Below are positions 27,908-37,380 of a DNA stretch of 44,014 bases, one piece after another. The notes under the pieces were generated by a model. It did no database searches and was not told the origin of the DNA. It saw nothing but the letters and a program-made list of their open reading frames with translations. The DNA lies in the sequence record SRR31156797_2006; one strand, given 5' to 3'. A program made the translations under genes and the position numbers. Each line of letters starts with the position of its first letter. The first letter of the stretch is position 1.

Positions 27908-28414
27908 ATGGGTGAATCCGGTATTGTAATCATCGGCATTGACCCCGGAACCCGCGTTACCGGATACGGTATCGTCAGAGAACTTTCCGGGCAGGTATCA
28001 CTCGTGGATGCCGGGACAATCCGGACCAATACCAAAAAGCCCATGTGCTCAAGGCTGGGGGAGATCTATTCCCGTATAGCCGAGCTCATAAAAGACCATT
28101 CACCGGATGAGGCGGCAATCGAAAATGCGTTTGTCGCCTCTAATCCGGCTTCGGCCCTTAAGCTGGGGCAGGCTCGTGGCGCGGCCATGGCTGCCTGTGC
28201 CGTATCCGGACTTGTTGTTTCCGGGTACGAACCCACCAAGGTTAAGCGTAACCTTGTGGGTAGCGGACGGGCTGATAAATCGCAGGTCGCCTTCATGGTG
28301 GAGCGCATACTTGGGGTAAAGAACACCAAGTGGGCTAATGACACCACCGATGCGCTGGGCATTGCGATCTGCCACCTCAATGAACGACGATTCGCAAAGG
28401 TAGCCGGAAAATGA
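27908..28414 (+). CDS. ruvC: Holliday junction resolvase RuvC
   Basis: IGIDPG...TGYG, AAIE, LKLGQARG, GSGRADK.QV and DALGIAICH. Confidence 0.96.
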   Translation: MGESGIVIIGIDPGTRVTGYGIVRELSGQVSLVDAGTIRTNTKKPMCSRLGEIYSRIAELIKDHSPDEAAIENAFVASNPASALKLGQARGAAMAACAVSGLVVSGYEPTKVKRNLVGSGRADKSQVAFMVERILGVKNTKWANDTTDALGIAICHLNERRFAKVAGK

Positions 28415-29022
28415 TCGCCTATATTCACGGTAAGCTGCTCGAGGCCACAGACAAGTCCTGCATCATCCTCACTCCCGGCGGAGTGGGTTATGAACTTTTT
28501 CTGACCATTACCGCTATTTCCACCCTGCCGGAATCCGGTTCGGATGTGACTTTTTATGTTCATTCCGTGGTTCGCGAAGACGCTTTCGATCTCTACGGCT
28601 TTCCCTGTTTTGATGACCGTGAGGTTTTTCGCACCCTTATTTCAGTCGACCGCCTTGGCCCCAAAAAGGCGTTGGCGATCCTTTCTCAGTTTGGTCCCAA
28701 GGATTTGCAGGATCTCGTCTTTCGCGAGGATGTGAAGACTCTGTCTATCGTCCCCGGTATCGGGCCTAAGTCCGCACGCCAGATTTTGTGGTCCCTGAAA
28801 GACAAGATGGAGACTCTCAAATCAGCCACAGTACGCAGCGGAGCCTGTCCTGTGGAAGGTGACCGCAGTGAGTTTCTCGATGCCCTTTCCGGCTTGCGCA
28901 ATCTCGGTTACGGTGATGATGAAGTGCGCGAAATTCTCAAGGAAATCTTTGAAGAAGAGCCCGATCTTGACGCTGGTGGAGCTATCCGCGTAGCTTTGAA
29001 AAAGATTTCCCAGAACAAGTAA
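28411..29022 (+). CDS. ruvA: Holliday junction branch migration protein RuvA
   Basis: MIAYIHGKL, GVGYE, VREDA..LYGF, VPGIGPKSA and L.NLGY. Confidence 0.96.
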   Translation: MIAYIHGKLLEATDKSCIILTPGGVGYELFLTITAISTLPESGSDVTFYVHSVVREDAFDLYGFPCFDDREVFRTLISVDRLGPKKALAILSQFGPKDLQDLVFREDVKTLSIVPGIGPKSARQILWSLKDKMETLKSATVRSGACPVEGDRSEFLDALSGLRNLGYGDDEVREILKEIFEEEPDLDAGGAIRVALKKISQNK

Positions 29023-29046
29023 TTTTTCAGCAGGCAGTACCGGAAT

Positions 29047-30033
29047 ATGATGGAAAATAACGGTTCAGACGATCACATCAGACCGCAACGGCTGGCCGAT
29101 TTTATCGGTCAGGACGATCTGCGCGACAACCTTGATGTCTTTATTCAGGCTGCGCGCGGGCGTGGCAATGCCATGGACCATGCCCTTTTCTACGGTAATC
29201 CCGGTCTGGGTAAGACCACCCTCGCAAGGATCATTGCTTCCGAGCTTGGTGTTAATCTTATTACTACTTCCGGTCCGGTTCTGGAGCGTAGTGGAGATCT
29301 CGCCGCCATCCTGACTAACCTGTCCCGTAACGACATTCTTTTCATCGACGAAATCCACCGTGTGCCTGCCAACGTAGAGGAAGTGCTCTATCCGGCCATG
29401 GAGGATTTCAATATAGACCTCATCATCGGGCAGGGACCCGCCGCCCGTACTGTAAAGATCGACCTTGAACCGTTCACTCTGGTCGGAGCAACAACTCGTT
29501 TAGGGTTGCTTACATCCCCGTTGCGTGACCGTTTCGGCTGCATTTTCCGTTTAGAATTTTATTCCCCCGAAGAATTGGCTCGCATTGTTACCCGCGCCGC
29601 GAGAATTTTTGATCTTAAAGTCACAGACGAAGGCGCGCTGATCATTGGCAGGCGTTCGCGCGGCACACCGCGTATCGCCAACCGCCTCCTGCGCAGGGTG
29701 CGAGATTTCGCCACCGTGCATGGCGATGGGGTCGTAGATGGCGAGCTCGCCGACATGGCCTTGAACAAGCTGGATGTTGATCCTCTTGGCTTGGATTACA
29801 TGGACCGCAAGATTCTTTCTATTTTGATAGACCAGTTCGGTGGTGGTCCTGTAGGCGTGAAGACAATCGCCGTTGCTTGTTCCGAGGAAGTACGCACCAT
29901 TGAGGAAATTTACGAGCCATACCTGATTCAGTGCGGTTTCTTGAAGCGTACCCCACGTGGACGTGTGGCGACCGCACGTGCTTACCAGCATCTCCAGAAA
30001 GTTGCTTCTGGGGGGCAGGGGAGTTTGTTTTAG
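29047..30033 (+). CDS. ruvB: Holliday junction branch migration helicase RuvB
   Basis: [43 protein letters not shown] and EPYLIQ..RTPRGR. Confidence 0.98.
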   Translation: MMENNGSDDHIRPQRLADFIGQDDLRDNLDVFIQAARGRGNAMDHALFYGNPGLGKTTLARIIASELGVNLITTSGPVLERSGDLAAILTNLSRNDILFIDEIHRVPANVEEVLYPAMEDFNIDLIIGQGPAARTVKIDLEPFTLVGATTRLGLLTSPLRDRFGCIFRLEFYSPEELARIVTRAARIFDLKVTDEGALIIGRRSRGTPRIANRLLRRVRDFATVHGDGVVDGELADMALNKLDVDPLGLDYMDRKILSILIDQFGGGPVGVKTIAVACSEEVRTIEEIYEPYLIQCGFLKRTPRGRVATARAYQHLQKVASGGQGSLF

Positions 30034-30064
30034 GTAGGGTTTTATTTGAGTTGATATTTTTGGG

Positions 30065-30101
30065 AAAGCCCCTTGCAGCGTTGCTGTGAGGGGCTTTTTT
30101 T
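30065..30101. terminator. Terminator after ruvB
   Basis: AAAGCCCCTTGCAGC..GCTGTGAGGGGCTTTTTTT. Confidence 0.8.
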
Positions 30102-30102
30102 A

Positions 30103-30840
30103 TTAATTGCAATAAAGGTGGGTTGTCCATTCGCCCCATGATTTGCTCGTAATTTTTGCTTGTTCAAATCCAAATTTTGATTTGCTGTTCTTTACTTTCG
30201 AATAAATATCCGTGTGATTTAGCTGCACGGCAGTTCCTTTGGTCTCTGCATGGTAGTAGAAAGTTTGATGCTTTGTTTTGGTTAATGATGCTGCCTCATG
30301 AGGAGACAATTCCCACCAACCATCTGTGATCCAATTGCCATTTAACTGTTTATATTGAAGTGCAATGTAAATATTTTTATCGCAGTGATTCTCAAAACAT
30401 ATTTTGTCATATTTAGCAGATGCAGCATTATTTTGTTGGGACTCCTCAATGATTTCTGCAACTAGGTCAGAGGTAAACCCCGGAGGAATAAAAGCTTTGT
30501 AGTCCCCCCACCCAAAATCAACAATGTTAAAATTATCATCAATTTCCATTTTTACTTCAAGCCACAATGGTCCATCACTCCACGAACTTCTAGCATGAAT
30601 TTTGAAAATTATTTCTTTGTTTCCATTGTCTTTAAAGCTGGTTTTTTCATACTTCCAATACCTGTACTTGGCTGTAGGCCAAGCTTTTTTAAGAATGACG
30701 TATGCAATACCATCAATGAAGCTGTTGGTTGCTTCGTCTTGTTCTTTGCATTGTGCTGAAAAGGTTAGCGAGAAAAAAACAATGAGAATTAAAACAGTGA
30801 GACGAATAAATTTTGGTTTCAATCTAGACACATTGACCAC
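30103..30840 (-). CDS. Exported protein with a C-terminal DUF1036-like domain
   Basis: Signal peptide; ICFENHCDKNIYIALQY...WITDGWWELSP..YYHAE; visibly AT-rich. Confidence 0.65.
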   Translation of the reverse strand: MVNVSRLKPKFIRLTVLILIVFFSLTFSAQCKEQDEATNSFIDGIAYVILKKAWPTAKYRYWKYEKTSFKDNGNKEIIFKIHARSSWSDGPLWLEVKMEIDDNFNIVDFGWGDYKAFIPPGFTSDLVAEIIEESQQNNAASAKYDKICFENHCDKNIYIALQYKQLNGNWITDGWWELSPHEAASLTKTKHQTFYYHAETKGTAVQLNHTDIYSKVKNSKSKFGFEQAKITSKSWGEWTTHLYCN

Positions 30841-30938
30841 TCCTATTTTACGTTTAATAGTCTATATGTTAGATTTAGTTTTGAAGTCAATGTGTACTAA
30901 GTGTTAGCATCTCGTTTTTTGGATTGTTGTTGACCAGA

Positions 30939-30984
30939 TTAAAAACCTCCCCCGCTCACCAAAGCAAGCGGGGGAGGTTTTTAA
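30939..30984. terminator. Terminator closing the fdhE-moaA-transposase-like unit
   Basis: TTAAAAACCTCCCCCGCT..AGCGGGGGAGGTTTTTAA perfect stem. Confidence 0.85.
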
Positions 30985-31015
30985 TTTAATCCCAATCGAA
31001 ATAGCTTAAAAATCC

Positions 31016-31942
31016 CTAATCCACGTCAGGAACAATCTTACAAATATAAGTAGTCAATAAATCGAACAAATCTTTCGAACGATTATTGAACCTGAATTCC
31101 AGTTCCTTCAAATATAAAGGAAAGCGATGCGGGGAAATACCCTTGTAACGCTTAAAACGCTGCCGTGCGAATTGCCAGAACTCTCCCCCTGATATTTCTA
31201 TGTGCGGGGTGATGTCCGGGTATTTTCGGATGTAATCCAGCGGCAGGGAATCATCTCCGCAGAGGATCAGGGAATCGTATTTCTGGTAGCGGTCGGTGTG
31301 GATGATGGACCCGTGCCGGACCAGCTTGAGGTGGAAGTTGTGGTTGAAGTGGAACACAGATTCCGCAGTGATGTTCTGCATTAAATCGATGAACACCCAG
31401 CCGTTCTTTTCCATTATTCCGAATACGGGGATGGTACCAGTTGTCTTCTTTGAAGGTACCCCGGTCAGTTTTTTGTTCTTGAGATGGGTGTGCAGCCCGG
31501 TTTCTGCACTGAGCAACTGCTGGGCATCGATGGCCTGCGCTAGGATTGCAAAGCGTAGGGCGGTGATGGCCTTGTAGGTGGCGTTGTAGGAAAGCTCCAG
31601 ATCAAGTGAAATTGCATGCGCGGTGTGATCTTCGGCGAACATCTGGATAAGGCGCACCCATTCGCGGGCGGAAAGTCCGCCGTTGTTGATCCAGCGGCCG
31701 CTGAAATCCTGAAAGGTGTACTTGCAGGAGGAACAGCGGTAGCGGTCACCGTTGAGATTGTAGAGCTTGTGCTCCCGGCAGCGGGGGCAGAAGGCTTTGC
31801 GGTCTCCCAAGGCTTTGTGCAGCAGAAATTTTCTGGCTTCCTCCTCAGAGGATGTCAGTCTTTCCAGCAATTCATCATGGCTTTCGGAAGCATTAGAGTC
31901 GGATTCTTTTATCCGCCTATGGACGACATCTGTGTCTCGCAT
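31016..31942 (-). CDS. IS1595-family transposase-derived protein (Zn ribbon + HTH + degenerate DDE domain), probably catalytically inactive
   Basis: FCPRC..RYRCSSC Zn ribbon, [21 protein letters not shown]...Y and FW.FARQRF..YKGIS...[15 protein letters not shown]; overlaps the moaA 3' end by 34 nt. Confidence 0.85.
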   Translation of the reverse strand: MRDTDVVHRRIKESDSNASESHDELLERLTSSEEEARKFLLHKALGDRKAFCPRCREHKLYNLNGDRYRCSSCKYTFQDFSGRWINNGGLSAREWVRLIQMFAEDHTAHAISLDLELSYNATYKAITALRFAILAQAIDAQQLLSAETGLHTHLKNKKLTGVPSKKTTGTIPVFGIMEKNGWVFIDLMQNITAESVFHFNHNFHLKLVRHGSIIHTDRYQKYDSLILCGDDSLPLDYIRKYPDITPHIEISGGEFWQFARQRFKRYKGISPHRFPLYLKELEFRFNNRSKDLFDLLTTYICKIVPDVD

Positions 31943-32901
31943 ACACCTTCACATCCTGATCTTTGTTCTAAAAGATGGTACCCCAGCGGTTTATCGATAG
32001 TTGCCTCGGCAATTACTTTGCGCAGGGCATCGTCATCGAGTTCGGGATTCCTTAAAATATCACGCAGCCCATATGTTTTGTCGGAAAAAAGACAGGTGCG
32101 CAGTTGACCGTCCGAGGTAATGCGCAGCCTATTGCAGGTGGCGCAGAAATGAGAGCTTACCGGGGAAATTAGGCCCAGTCTCCCTTTGCCGCTATCAATG
32201 GAGTACATGCGTGCGGGGCCATGGTTTTCCGGCCGTGCTTTTTCCCTTTTTAGCTCTGCATATTGCTGGGCCTGTTCGAGGATATCATCAGCGGACCAGA
32301 ATCTGCTGTCAGACTTGGTGTCATCACCCATGGGCATGAATTCGATGAAACGCATGTCGATGGAATTTTCGCTGGCAAAATCGATGAAAGAATTGAGTTC
32401 CTTATCGTTGATACCTTTCATGGCAACAGCATTGACCTTGACCCTGATCCCGGCTGAGAGACAGGCGGAAATGGAAGCAAGCACATCATTTAAATGATCG
32501 CGTCCGGTTACTTCCTTGAAGGTTTCCCGGTCGAGGGTATCGAGTGAAATATTCAGTCGGTTTACGCCGATTTTTTTCAGTTCCGGCACCAGTGGTTCAA
32601 TGAGTGTCCCGTTGGTGGTGATGCGCAAGTCCATTTCCGGGTGGCTGTTCATCACTTGCGAAATGAAATCCATGAATCCCTTGCGGGCAAAGGGTTCTCC
32701 CCCGGTGAGTCGCAGCTTGGAAATGTTCATGGAAGCAGCAAGGTCCACCAGACGCAGCATTTCTTCGTAGCGCAATATATCCGGGTGGGGGATGTGCTTG
32801 AAGTCTTTGGTTACGCAATACATGCAACGCAGGTTGCAACGGTCGGTAACGCTCAGCCGCAGGTAGTTAACCGTACGGCCTATCTTGTCGGTGAGTACCA
32901 T
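31909..32901 (-). CDS. moaA: GTP 3',8-cyclase (radical SAM)
   Basis: [48 protein letters not shown] and C-terminal MSSIGG. Confidence 0.97.
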   Translation of the reverse strand: MVLTDKIGRTVNYLRLSVTDRCNLRCMYCVTKDFKHIPHPDILRYEEMLRLVDLAASMNISKLRLTGGEPFARKGFMDFISQVMNSHPEMDLRITTNGTLIEPLVPELKKIGVNRLNISLDTLDRETFKEVTGRDHLNDVLASISACLSAGIRVKVNAVAMKGINDKELNSFIDFASENSIDMRFIEFMPMGDDTKSDSRFWSADDILEQAQQYAELKREKARPENHGPARMYSIDSGKGRLGLISPVSSHFCATCNRLRITSDGQLRTCLFSDKTYGLRDILRNPELDDDALRKVIAEATIDKPLGYHLLEQRSGCEGVCETQMSSIGG

Positions 32902-32902
32902 T

Positions 32903-33844
32903 CTAGAACCCCCAGACGGATAGGGTGCCCCGGTTGTAACCTTCTTCCACTGCTACGAAGTCCAGCGGCAGAGATTCAAGGTCATTGAGCGCGGGGACGG
33001 AAATTTTGTCCACTTCCCGGAAATCTGTGGTTTTCATGTAGGTCTTGCATGAATCGCAGACATCTACACGGTACCCCGGTGCTTCTTCCACAGTGAAAAA
33101 TTTGAGGCTGTCCGCGTTGGTGTTATCGCAGTATGCACAGGCCATCCGGCGTACACGGTATTCGGTATGGCAGAAGGAACAGTTGGCGTAGCGGAAGCCT
33201 TGGTTGTGATGCAGGGTGTGCATGAAGGGTACGGAGCCGCAGATGGGACAGTGACCGTGGTTGCGCGGTGCGGGCTGCTCCAGTTCAAAATCAAGCTCGT
33301 CATTGTCGGACCGTTCGGAGGTGTCCGCCTGCTGATGGGGGAGCTTTTCTTCCAGTGCTGCGGCAACAGTCTTAATGGAAGGAGTCAGTGCGGACTGGAT
33401 GAGAAAGCTCAGGGTGCGTGGTGCTTCGGGCATTTTTTCCGCCCAGCCCATGAAGAAATCATCATTAGTTTCAAGGTAGGCCTTGAAAGCCTGTTTCAGG
33501 TCCAGTTCGTCGGATTTGATGCTTGCAATGATCAGTGCGGTGGCCTCGGAAATGGGACCTTCTTCCTTACCCACCAGTTCCGCTAACTCATTAATAAGTT
33601 TGCAGGCCTGATCGTAGTCGTAGGTGAAATCTTCACGAGCGAGCAGGGGGCGTCCTTGCAGGTTGGCATCGTCGGGAGCAAGATCCGTCGGAATGGTCGG
33701 GGAGGAGTGCTGCTGGGCTTCCAGCTGGATTGCGGCAACATTTGAAATTAAATTAACAAGCTCTTCCGGGAGAAAAGGCTTTTCCTTCAGCTCGGATATT
33801 TTTTTATCCAGCTGTTCTTTGGCACTGCTGTAATCAAAATTCAT
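32903..33844 (-). CDS. fdhE: Formate dehydrogenase accessory protein FdhE
   Basis: [16 protein letters not shown]...RMACAYC and [13 protein letters not shown] (four CxxC). Start is either ATG 33844 or GTG 33856. Confidence 0.9.
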   Translation of the reverse strand: MNFDYSSAKEQLDKKISELKEKPFLPEELVNLISNVAAIQLEAQQHSSPTIPTDLAPDDANLQGRPLLAREDFTYDYDQACKLINELAELVGKEEGPISEATALIIASIKSDELDLKQAFKAYLETNDDFFMGWAEKMPEAPRTLSFLIQSALTPSIKTVAAALEEKLPHQQADTSERSDNDELDFELEQPAPRNHGHCPICGSVPFMHTLHHNQGFRYANCSFCHTEYRVRRMACAYCDNTNADSLKFFTVEEAPGYRVDVCDSCKTYMKTTDFREVDKISVPALNDLESLPLDFVAVEEGYNRGTLSVWGF

Positions 33845-34039
33845 TATAAAAAACACTCCTTAAGGGGAACCCGGCAGTAGGGTTAGCCGGGTTTGTTTCA
33901 TTCCTGTTAAAAAAAGCATATGCCTTAATAGCGGCAGCTGCATAGGAGTGCTAATTAATCACGTTTTGACACAAAGTCTAATCGATTATTTGAAAAAAAT
34001 ATTATGAATAAAATGATATAATTTAAATGTGCGGAAAGA

Positions 34040-34828
34040 TTATAACCCTTTGATCCGGCCCTGATCGTTGTAAACCCAGAATCCGGTTTTGCTGATATTA
34101 CCGATGAGGGTTATGCCGATTTTGCGGGCCAGTTCCACAGAAAAACTGGTTGCCACGGCAGTGGAAGCCAGTATGGGAACCCCGATGCGTACAGCTTTGA
34201 GCAGGATTTCCGAGGCTACGCGTCCGGTGGAGACGATCATTTTGCCGTCAGTGGGCACATCTTCAAGGAAGCACTGGCCGACAATCATATCGATGGCGTT
34301 GTGTCGCCCTATGTCTTCACGGAAGTAGAGCATTTCTTCCGGGGTGCATAAGGATGAATTATGGCAGCCGCGGGTCTTGTTATAAAGAGTGGAGCGCGAG
34401 TGCAATTCATTGGCGTGGGTCAGGATCTGTTCCGGGGTGACGATCAGTTCTGATTTGATGGTCCGCTTTGAAATGGTGGAAACATTGCGGCCGAAGTTGG
34501 TGCCCTTGCCGCAGCCGGAAGTAATGGAGTATTCGAGAACCCGACCTTTCCAAGGATCATGGCTGGTGCTGATATCTGCGATGATGCGGTCGTCATGTTC
34601 GGTGATCTTCAGGTCGGTTACCTGGTCACGTGAGGAAATATAGGCATCGGATTTCAGGAAACCCACGGCCAGATAATCCGGGTAACGGGCTGTGGTCAGC
34701 AGGGTCACTACTTCACGGCCGTTAAGGTTGATGGTCAAAGGTATTTCAAGGATGCTGCTGATCTCTTTTTCCTTGAATTCACCACCGCAATATTCTTTTA
34801 CTGTATAGCTGAAACTTTCTTTCATCAT
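34040..34828 (-). CDS. fdhD: Formate dehydrogenase accessory sulfurtransferase FdhD
   Basis: EIPLTINLNG, LAVGFL, TSGCG, TRGCH, REDIGRHNAID and STGRVASE. Confidence 0.95.
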   Translation of the reverse strand: MMKESFSYTVKEYCGGEFKEKEISSILEIPLTINLNGREVVTLLTTARYPDYLAVGFLKSDAYISSRDQVTDLKITEHDDRIIADISTSHDPWKGRVLEYSITSGCGKGTNFGRNVSTISKRTIKSELIVTPEQILTHANELHSRSTLYNKTRGCHNSSLCTPEEMLYFREDIGRHNAIDMIVGQCFLEDVPTDGKMIVSTGRVASEILLKAVRIGVPILASTAVATSFSVELARKIGITLIGNISKTGFWVYNDQGRIKGL

Positions 34829-34851
34829 GCTCCACCTGATATATTTTATTC

Positions 34852-34880
34852 AGCATAGGGGGAACAGGCATGGCGGGCAA
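34852..34880 (-). promoter_or_regulatory. Putative sigma70 promoter of fdhD
   Basis: TTGCCC-17 nt-TATGCT on the minus strand upstream of the RBS. Confidence 0.45.
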
Positions 34881-35080
34881 GGCTTTAGTTTTTGCGTCTA
34901 TTTCAGCACACTTTTGGTGCAAAAATAGGTTAAGACTAAGAGTATAATTGTGCTCATATTGACATAGAGCGGTCTTTCTGGTCTACACCTACACTAGTCC
35001 AGCCTACTGTCTGGCGTGGTCTTAATTTGCGGATGATCTGGAATTTACGAATTTTAAACAGAGTTCTTTTTGGAGGAAAA

Positions 35081-35905
35081 ATGAAAAAACTTAAAGTATT
35101 GCTGCTTACTCTCGCTCTCGTTTCCCTGCTCGTTGCTCCGGGACTGGTAAAAGCTGAAACGCTGATGATGGCTACTACTACCAGTACAGATAACACCGGT
35201 CTGCTTGATGAACTTGCTCCCATGTTTGAAAAGGACACCGGCATTGAGCTGAAGTGGACTGCTGTAGGTACCGGTAAAGCTCTCAAGATGGGCCAGAACT
35301 GCGACGTAGATGTTCTTATGGTGCACGCTCCCGCAGCTGAAAAAAAATATGTTGATATGGGCGCACTCAAAGACCGCCGCGAAGTAATGTACAACGACTT
35401 CGTAATCATCGGTCCTGCTTCTGATCCCGCAGGTATTAAAGGTCTTCCGGTTGTGCAGGCTATGAAAGCTGTTGCTGAAGTAAAGGCTCCTTTTGTTAGT
35501 CGTGGCGACAACTCCGGTACCAACAAAAAAGAAATTTCTCTCTGGAAAGTAGCTGGTATGGCTGTTCCCGATAAAGCAGAATGGTACATCCAGACCGGTC
35601 AGGGCATGATCAAAAGTATCACTGTTGCTGAAGAGCGCGATGCATACATCATGACTGATCGCGGCACCTACATCAAATACAGCGCCAACAAGAACGGTTC
35701 TCCCGAACTGAAAGTACTGGTGGAAGGCGACAAGTCTCTCTTCAACCAGTACAGCGTACTGGCTGTTAACCCCAAAAACTGCAAGAGTGCCAAGTACGAA
35801 CTGGCAACCAAGTTCTCCGAGTGGATGGCTACTCCCAAAACCCAGAAAGCTATCGGCAATTTCAAGTTGCTCGGTAAAAAACTCTTCATTCCCAACGCTA
35901 AGTAA
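35081..35905 (+). CDS. tupA: Tungstate ABC transporter substrate-binding protein
   Basis: Signal peptide; ATTTST.NTGLL (TTTS signature), AVGTGKAL, MYNDFVIIGP..DPA, FVSRGDNSGT and DRGT; GGAGG RBS before ATG 35081. Confidence 0.93.
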   Translation: MKKLKVLLLTLALVSLLVAPGLVKAETLMMATTTSTDNTGLLDELAPMFEKDTGIELKWTAVGTGKALKMGQNCDVDVLMVHAPAAEKKYVDMGALKDRREVMYNDFVIIGPASDPAGIKGLPVVQAMKAVAEVKAPFVSRGDNSGTNKKEISLWKVAGMAVPDKAEWYIQTGQGMIKSITVAEERDAYIMTDRGTYIKYSANKNGSPELKVLVEGDKSLFNQYSVLAVNPKNCKSAKYELATKFSEWMATPKTQKAIGNFKLLGKKLFIPNAK

Positions 35906-35915
35906 ATCATGCTTT

Positions 35916-35946
35916 ATGAGTGGGGCTTCCATTAAGCTCCACTCAT
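35916..35946 (+). terminator. Intercistronic hairpin between tupA and tupB (partial terminator or mRNA stabiliser)
   Basis: ATGAGTGGGGCTT-CCATT-AAGCTCCACTCAT with only a weak U-tail. Confidence 0.55.
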
Positions 35947-36037
35947 TCTCCCCCTTTTATAATAAGTTTCGCTCTTGTTCTCTGTAAGCCCGTTTGGTAT
36001 TAATAGAATTGCCGTGAAAGGGAGGGCTTAAAACTAC

Positions 36038-36733
36038 ATGGATTTTATTTTAAACGGTTTCTGGCAGGCTTTTGTGCTACTCTTTTCCGCTGACCCGGAA
36101 ACATACTCCGCCATTTATACCACCGTCTGCGTGACGACCATTTCTATCAGTGCGACCTTGATTATAGGTGCGCCGCTGGGTTTTTTGCTCGGCTATCATG
36201 AATTTCCTGGCAAGAGGTGCTTGCGCCTTATTGCCGATACCATGCTTTCCTTTCCCACTGTTGTCATAGGTTTGCTCGTTTATGCCATGCTTTCCCGCAG
36301 AGGCCCCATGGGTGAAATGGAGCTTCTTTTCAGTGTGTCGGGCATAGCTGTGGGCCAGACCTTGCTTGGATTACCCATTGTTATTGCCATGATGGCTACA
36401 GCGGTAGAGAACCTTGATCTACGTCTTAAGCAGACTTTGCTCACTCTTGGTGCATCGCATGGGCAGATTTTGCGGACCATTCTCTGGGAAGCACGATACA
36501 GCCTTATCCTTGCTGCTGCTGCCGCTTACGGGCGTATTGTTTCCGAGATAGGTATTTCCATGATGGTCGGCGGAAATATCAAGTGGCATACCCGGACCAT
36601 TACTACTGCCATTGCCCTTGAAACAGGCAAGGGTGAGTTTTCCATGGGCATCGCACTTGGTCTCGTACTTATGATGATTGCTTTTGCGGTTAACTATTCC
36701 ATGTCCGGTGTCAGAAAAAGGGCGGGCCAGTAA
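36038..36733 (+). CDS. tupB: Tungstate ABC transporter permease
   Basis: PTVVIGLLVY..LSRRGP.G and YGRIVSEIGISMMVGGNIKWHTRTITTAIALET.KG. Confidence 0.93.
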   Translation: MDFILNGFWQAFVLLFSADPETYSAIYTTVCVTTISISATLIIGAPLGFLLGYHEFPGKRCLRLIADTMLSFPTVVIGLLVYAMLSRRGPMGEMELLFSVSGIAVGQTLLGLPIVIAMMATAVENLDLRLKQTLLTLGASHGQILRTILWEARYSLILAAAAAYGRIVSEIGISMMVGGNIKWHTRTITTAIALETGKGEFSMGIALGLVLMMIAFAVNYSMSGVRKRAGQ

Positions 36734-37380
36734 TGAAGGATTTGTTCAGGCTCGAGAATGTTTGCCAGCGGTATAATGGAAGGCAGGTCCTCTCTCTTCA
36801 GGATTTTTCAGTTGGTGAAGGGGCGATTGTCGGTTTGGCCGGTCATAACGGTAGCGGCAAGAGTACCCTCATGCGTATGCTCGCTTTTCTGGAAAGCCCG
36901 GATTCCGGTAAAATTTATTATGACGGCAGGGATGTTGAGGCCCCTGAGTTGAGCTTGCGCCGTGAAGTTACCATGCTTACGCAGGAGCCATATCTGCTCA
37001 AAAGGTCGGTGGAAGCAAATGTCACTTATGGCCTTGAACTTCGCGGTGAAAAAAATATTCACGACAGGGCTTGCGATTCCCTGATTCAGGTTGGTTTGGA
37101 CCCGGATAAATTTATGCACCGCAACTGGTTTGAGCTTTCCGGAGGGGAAGCGCAGAGGGTTGCCCTTGCCGCACGTCTGGTTTTGAATCCCCGGGTGCTG
37201 CTCCTTGATGAACCCACTGCCAGCCTTGATCTCGAATCCACGCAACTCATCCATGAGGCTTCGGTCTCTGCCCGCGAAGAACAAGGCACCACCCTTGTGA
37301 TTGTCAGCCACGACCATCTCTGGCTGGAAGAAGTTTCCGATACCATTTATCGACTGGAAAGCGGTCAGCTGGCCGGTTGA
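36733..37380 (+). CDS. tupC: Tungstate ABC transporter ATP-binding protein
   Basis: GHNGSGKST, LSGGEAQRVALAARL, LLDEPTA and VSHD; translationally coupled to tupB. Confidence 0.9.
   Translation: MKDLFRLENVCQRYNGRQVLSLQDFSVGEGAIVGLAGHNGSGKSTLMRMLAFLESPDSGKIYYDGRDVEAPELSLRREVTMLTQEPYLLKRSVEANVTYGLELRGEKNIHDRACDSLIQVGLDPDKFMHRNWFELSGGEAQRVALAARLVLNPRVLLLDEPTASLDLESTQLIHEASVSAREEQGTTLVIVSHDHLWLEEVSDTIYRLESGQLAG

Noticed and set aside
31016-31942. Active IS1595 insertion sequence
   Set aside because: No TIRs or target duplication seen, catalytic motifs are degenerate, and the 5' end is embedded in an intact moaA.
35011-35027. Sigma54-like TGGCGT upstream of tupA
   Set aside because: Lacks the -12 GC at GG-N10-GC spacing.
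35027-35080. Upstream TTG start for tupA
   Set aside because: The GGAGG RBS and a canonical signal peptide begin at ATG 35081.
35054-35932. 292-aa antisense ORF over tupA (likewise 27122-27859 over yebC and 2978-3616 over the symporter)
   Set aside because: Antisense mirror frames of codon-biased genes; no recognisable protein features.
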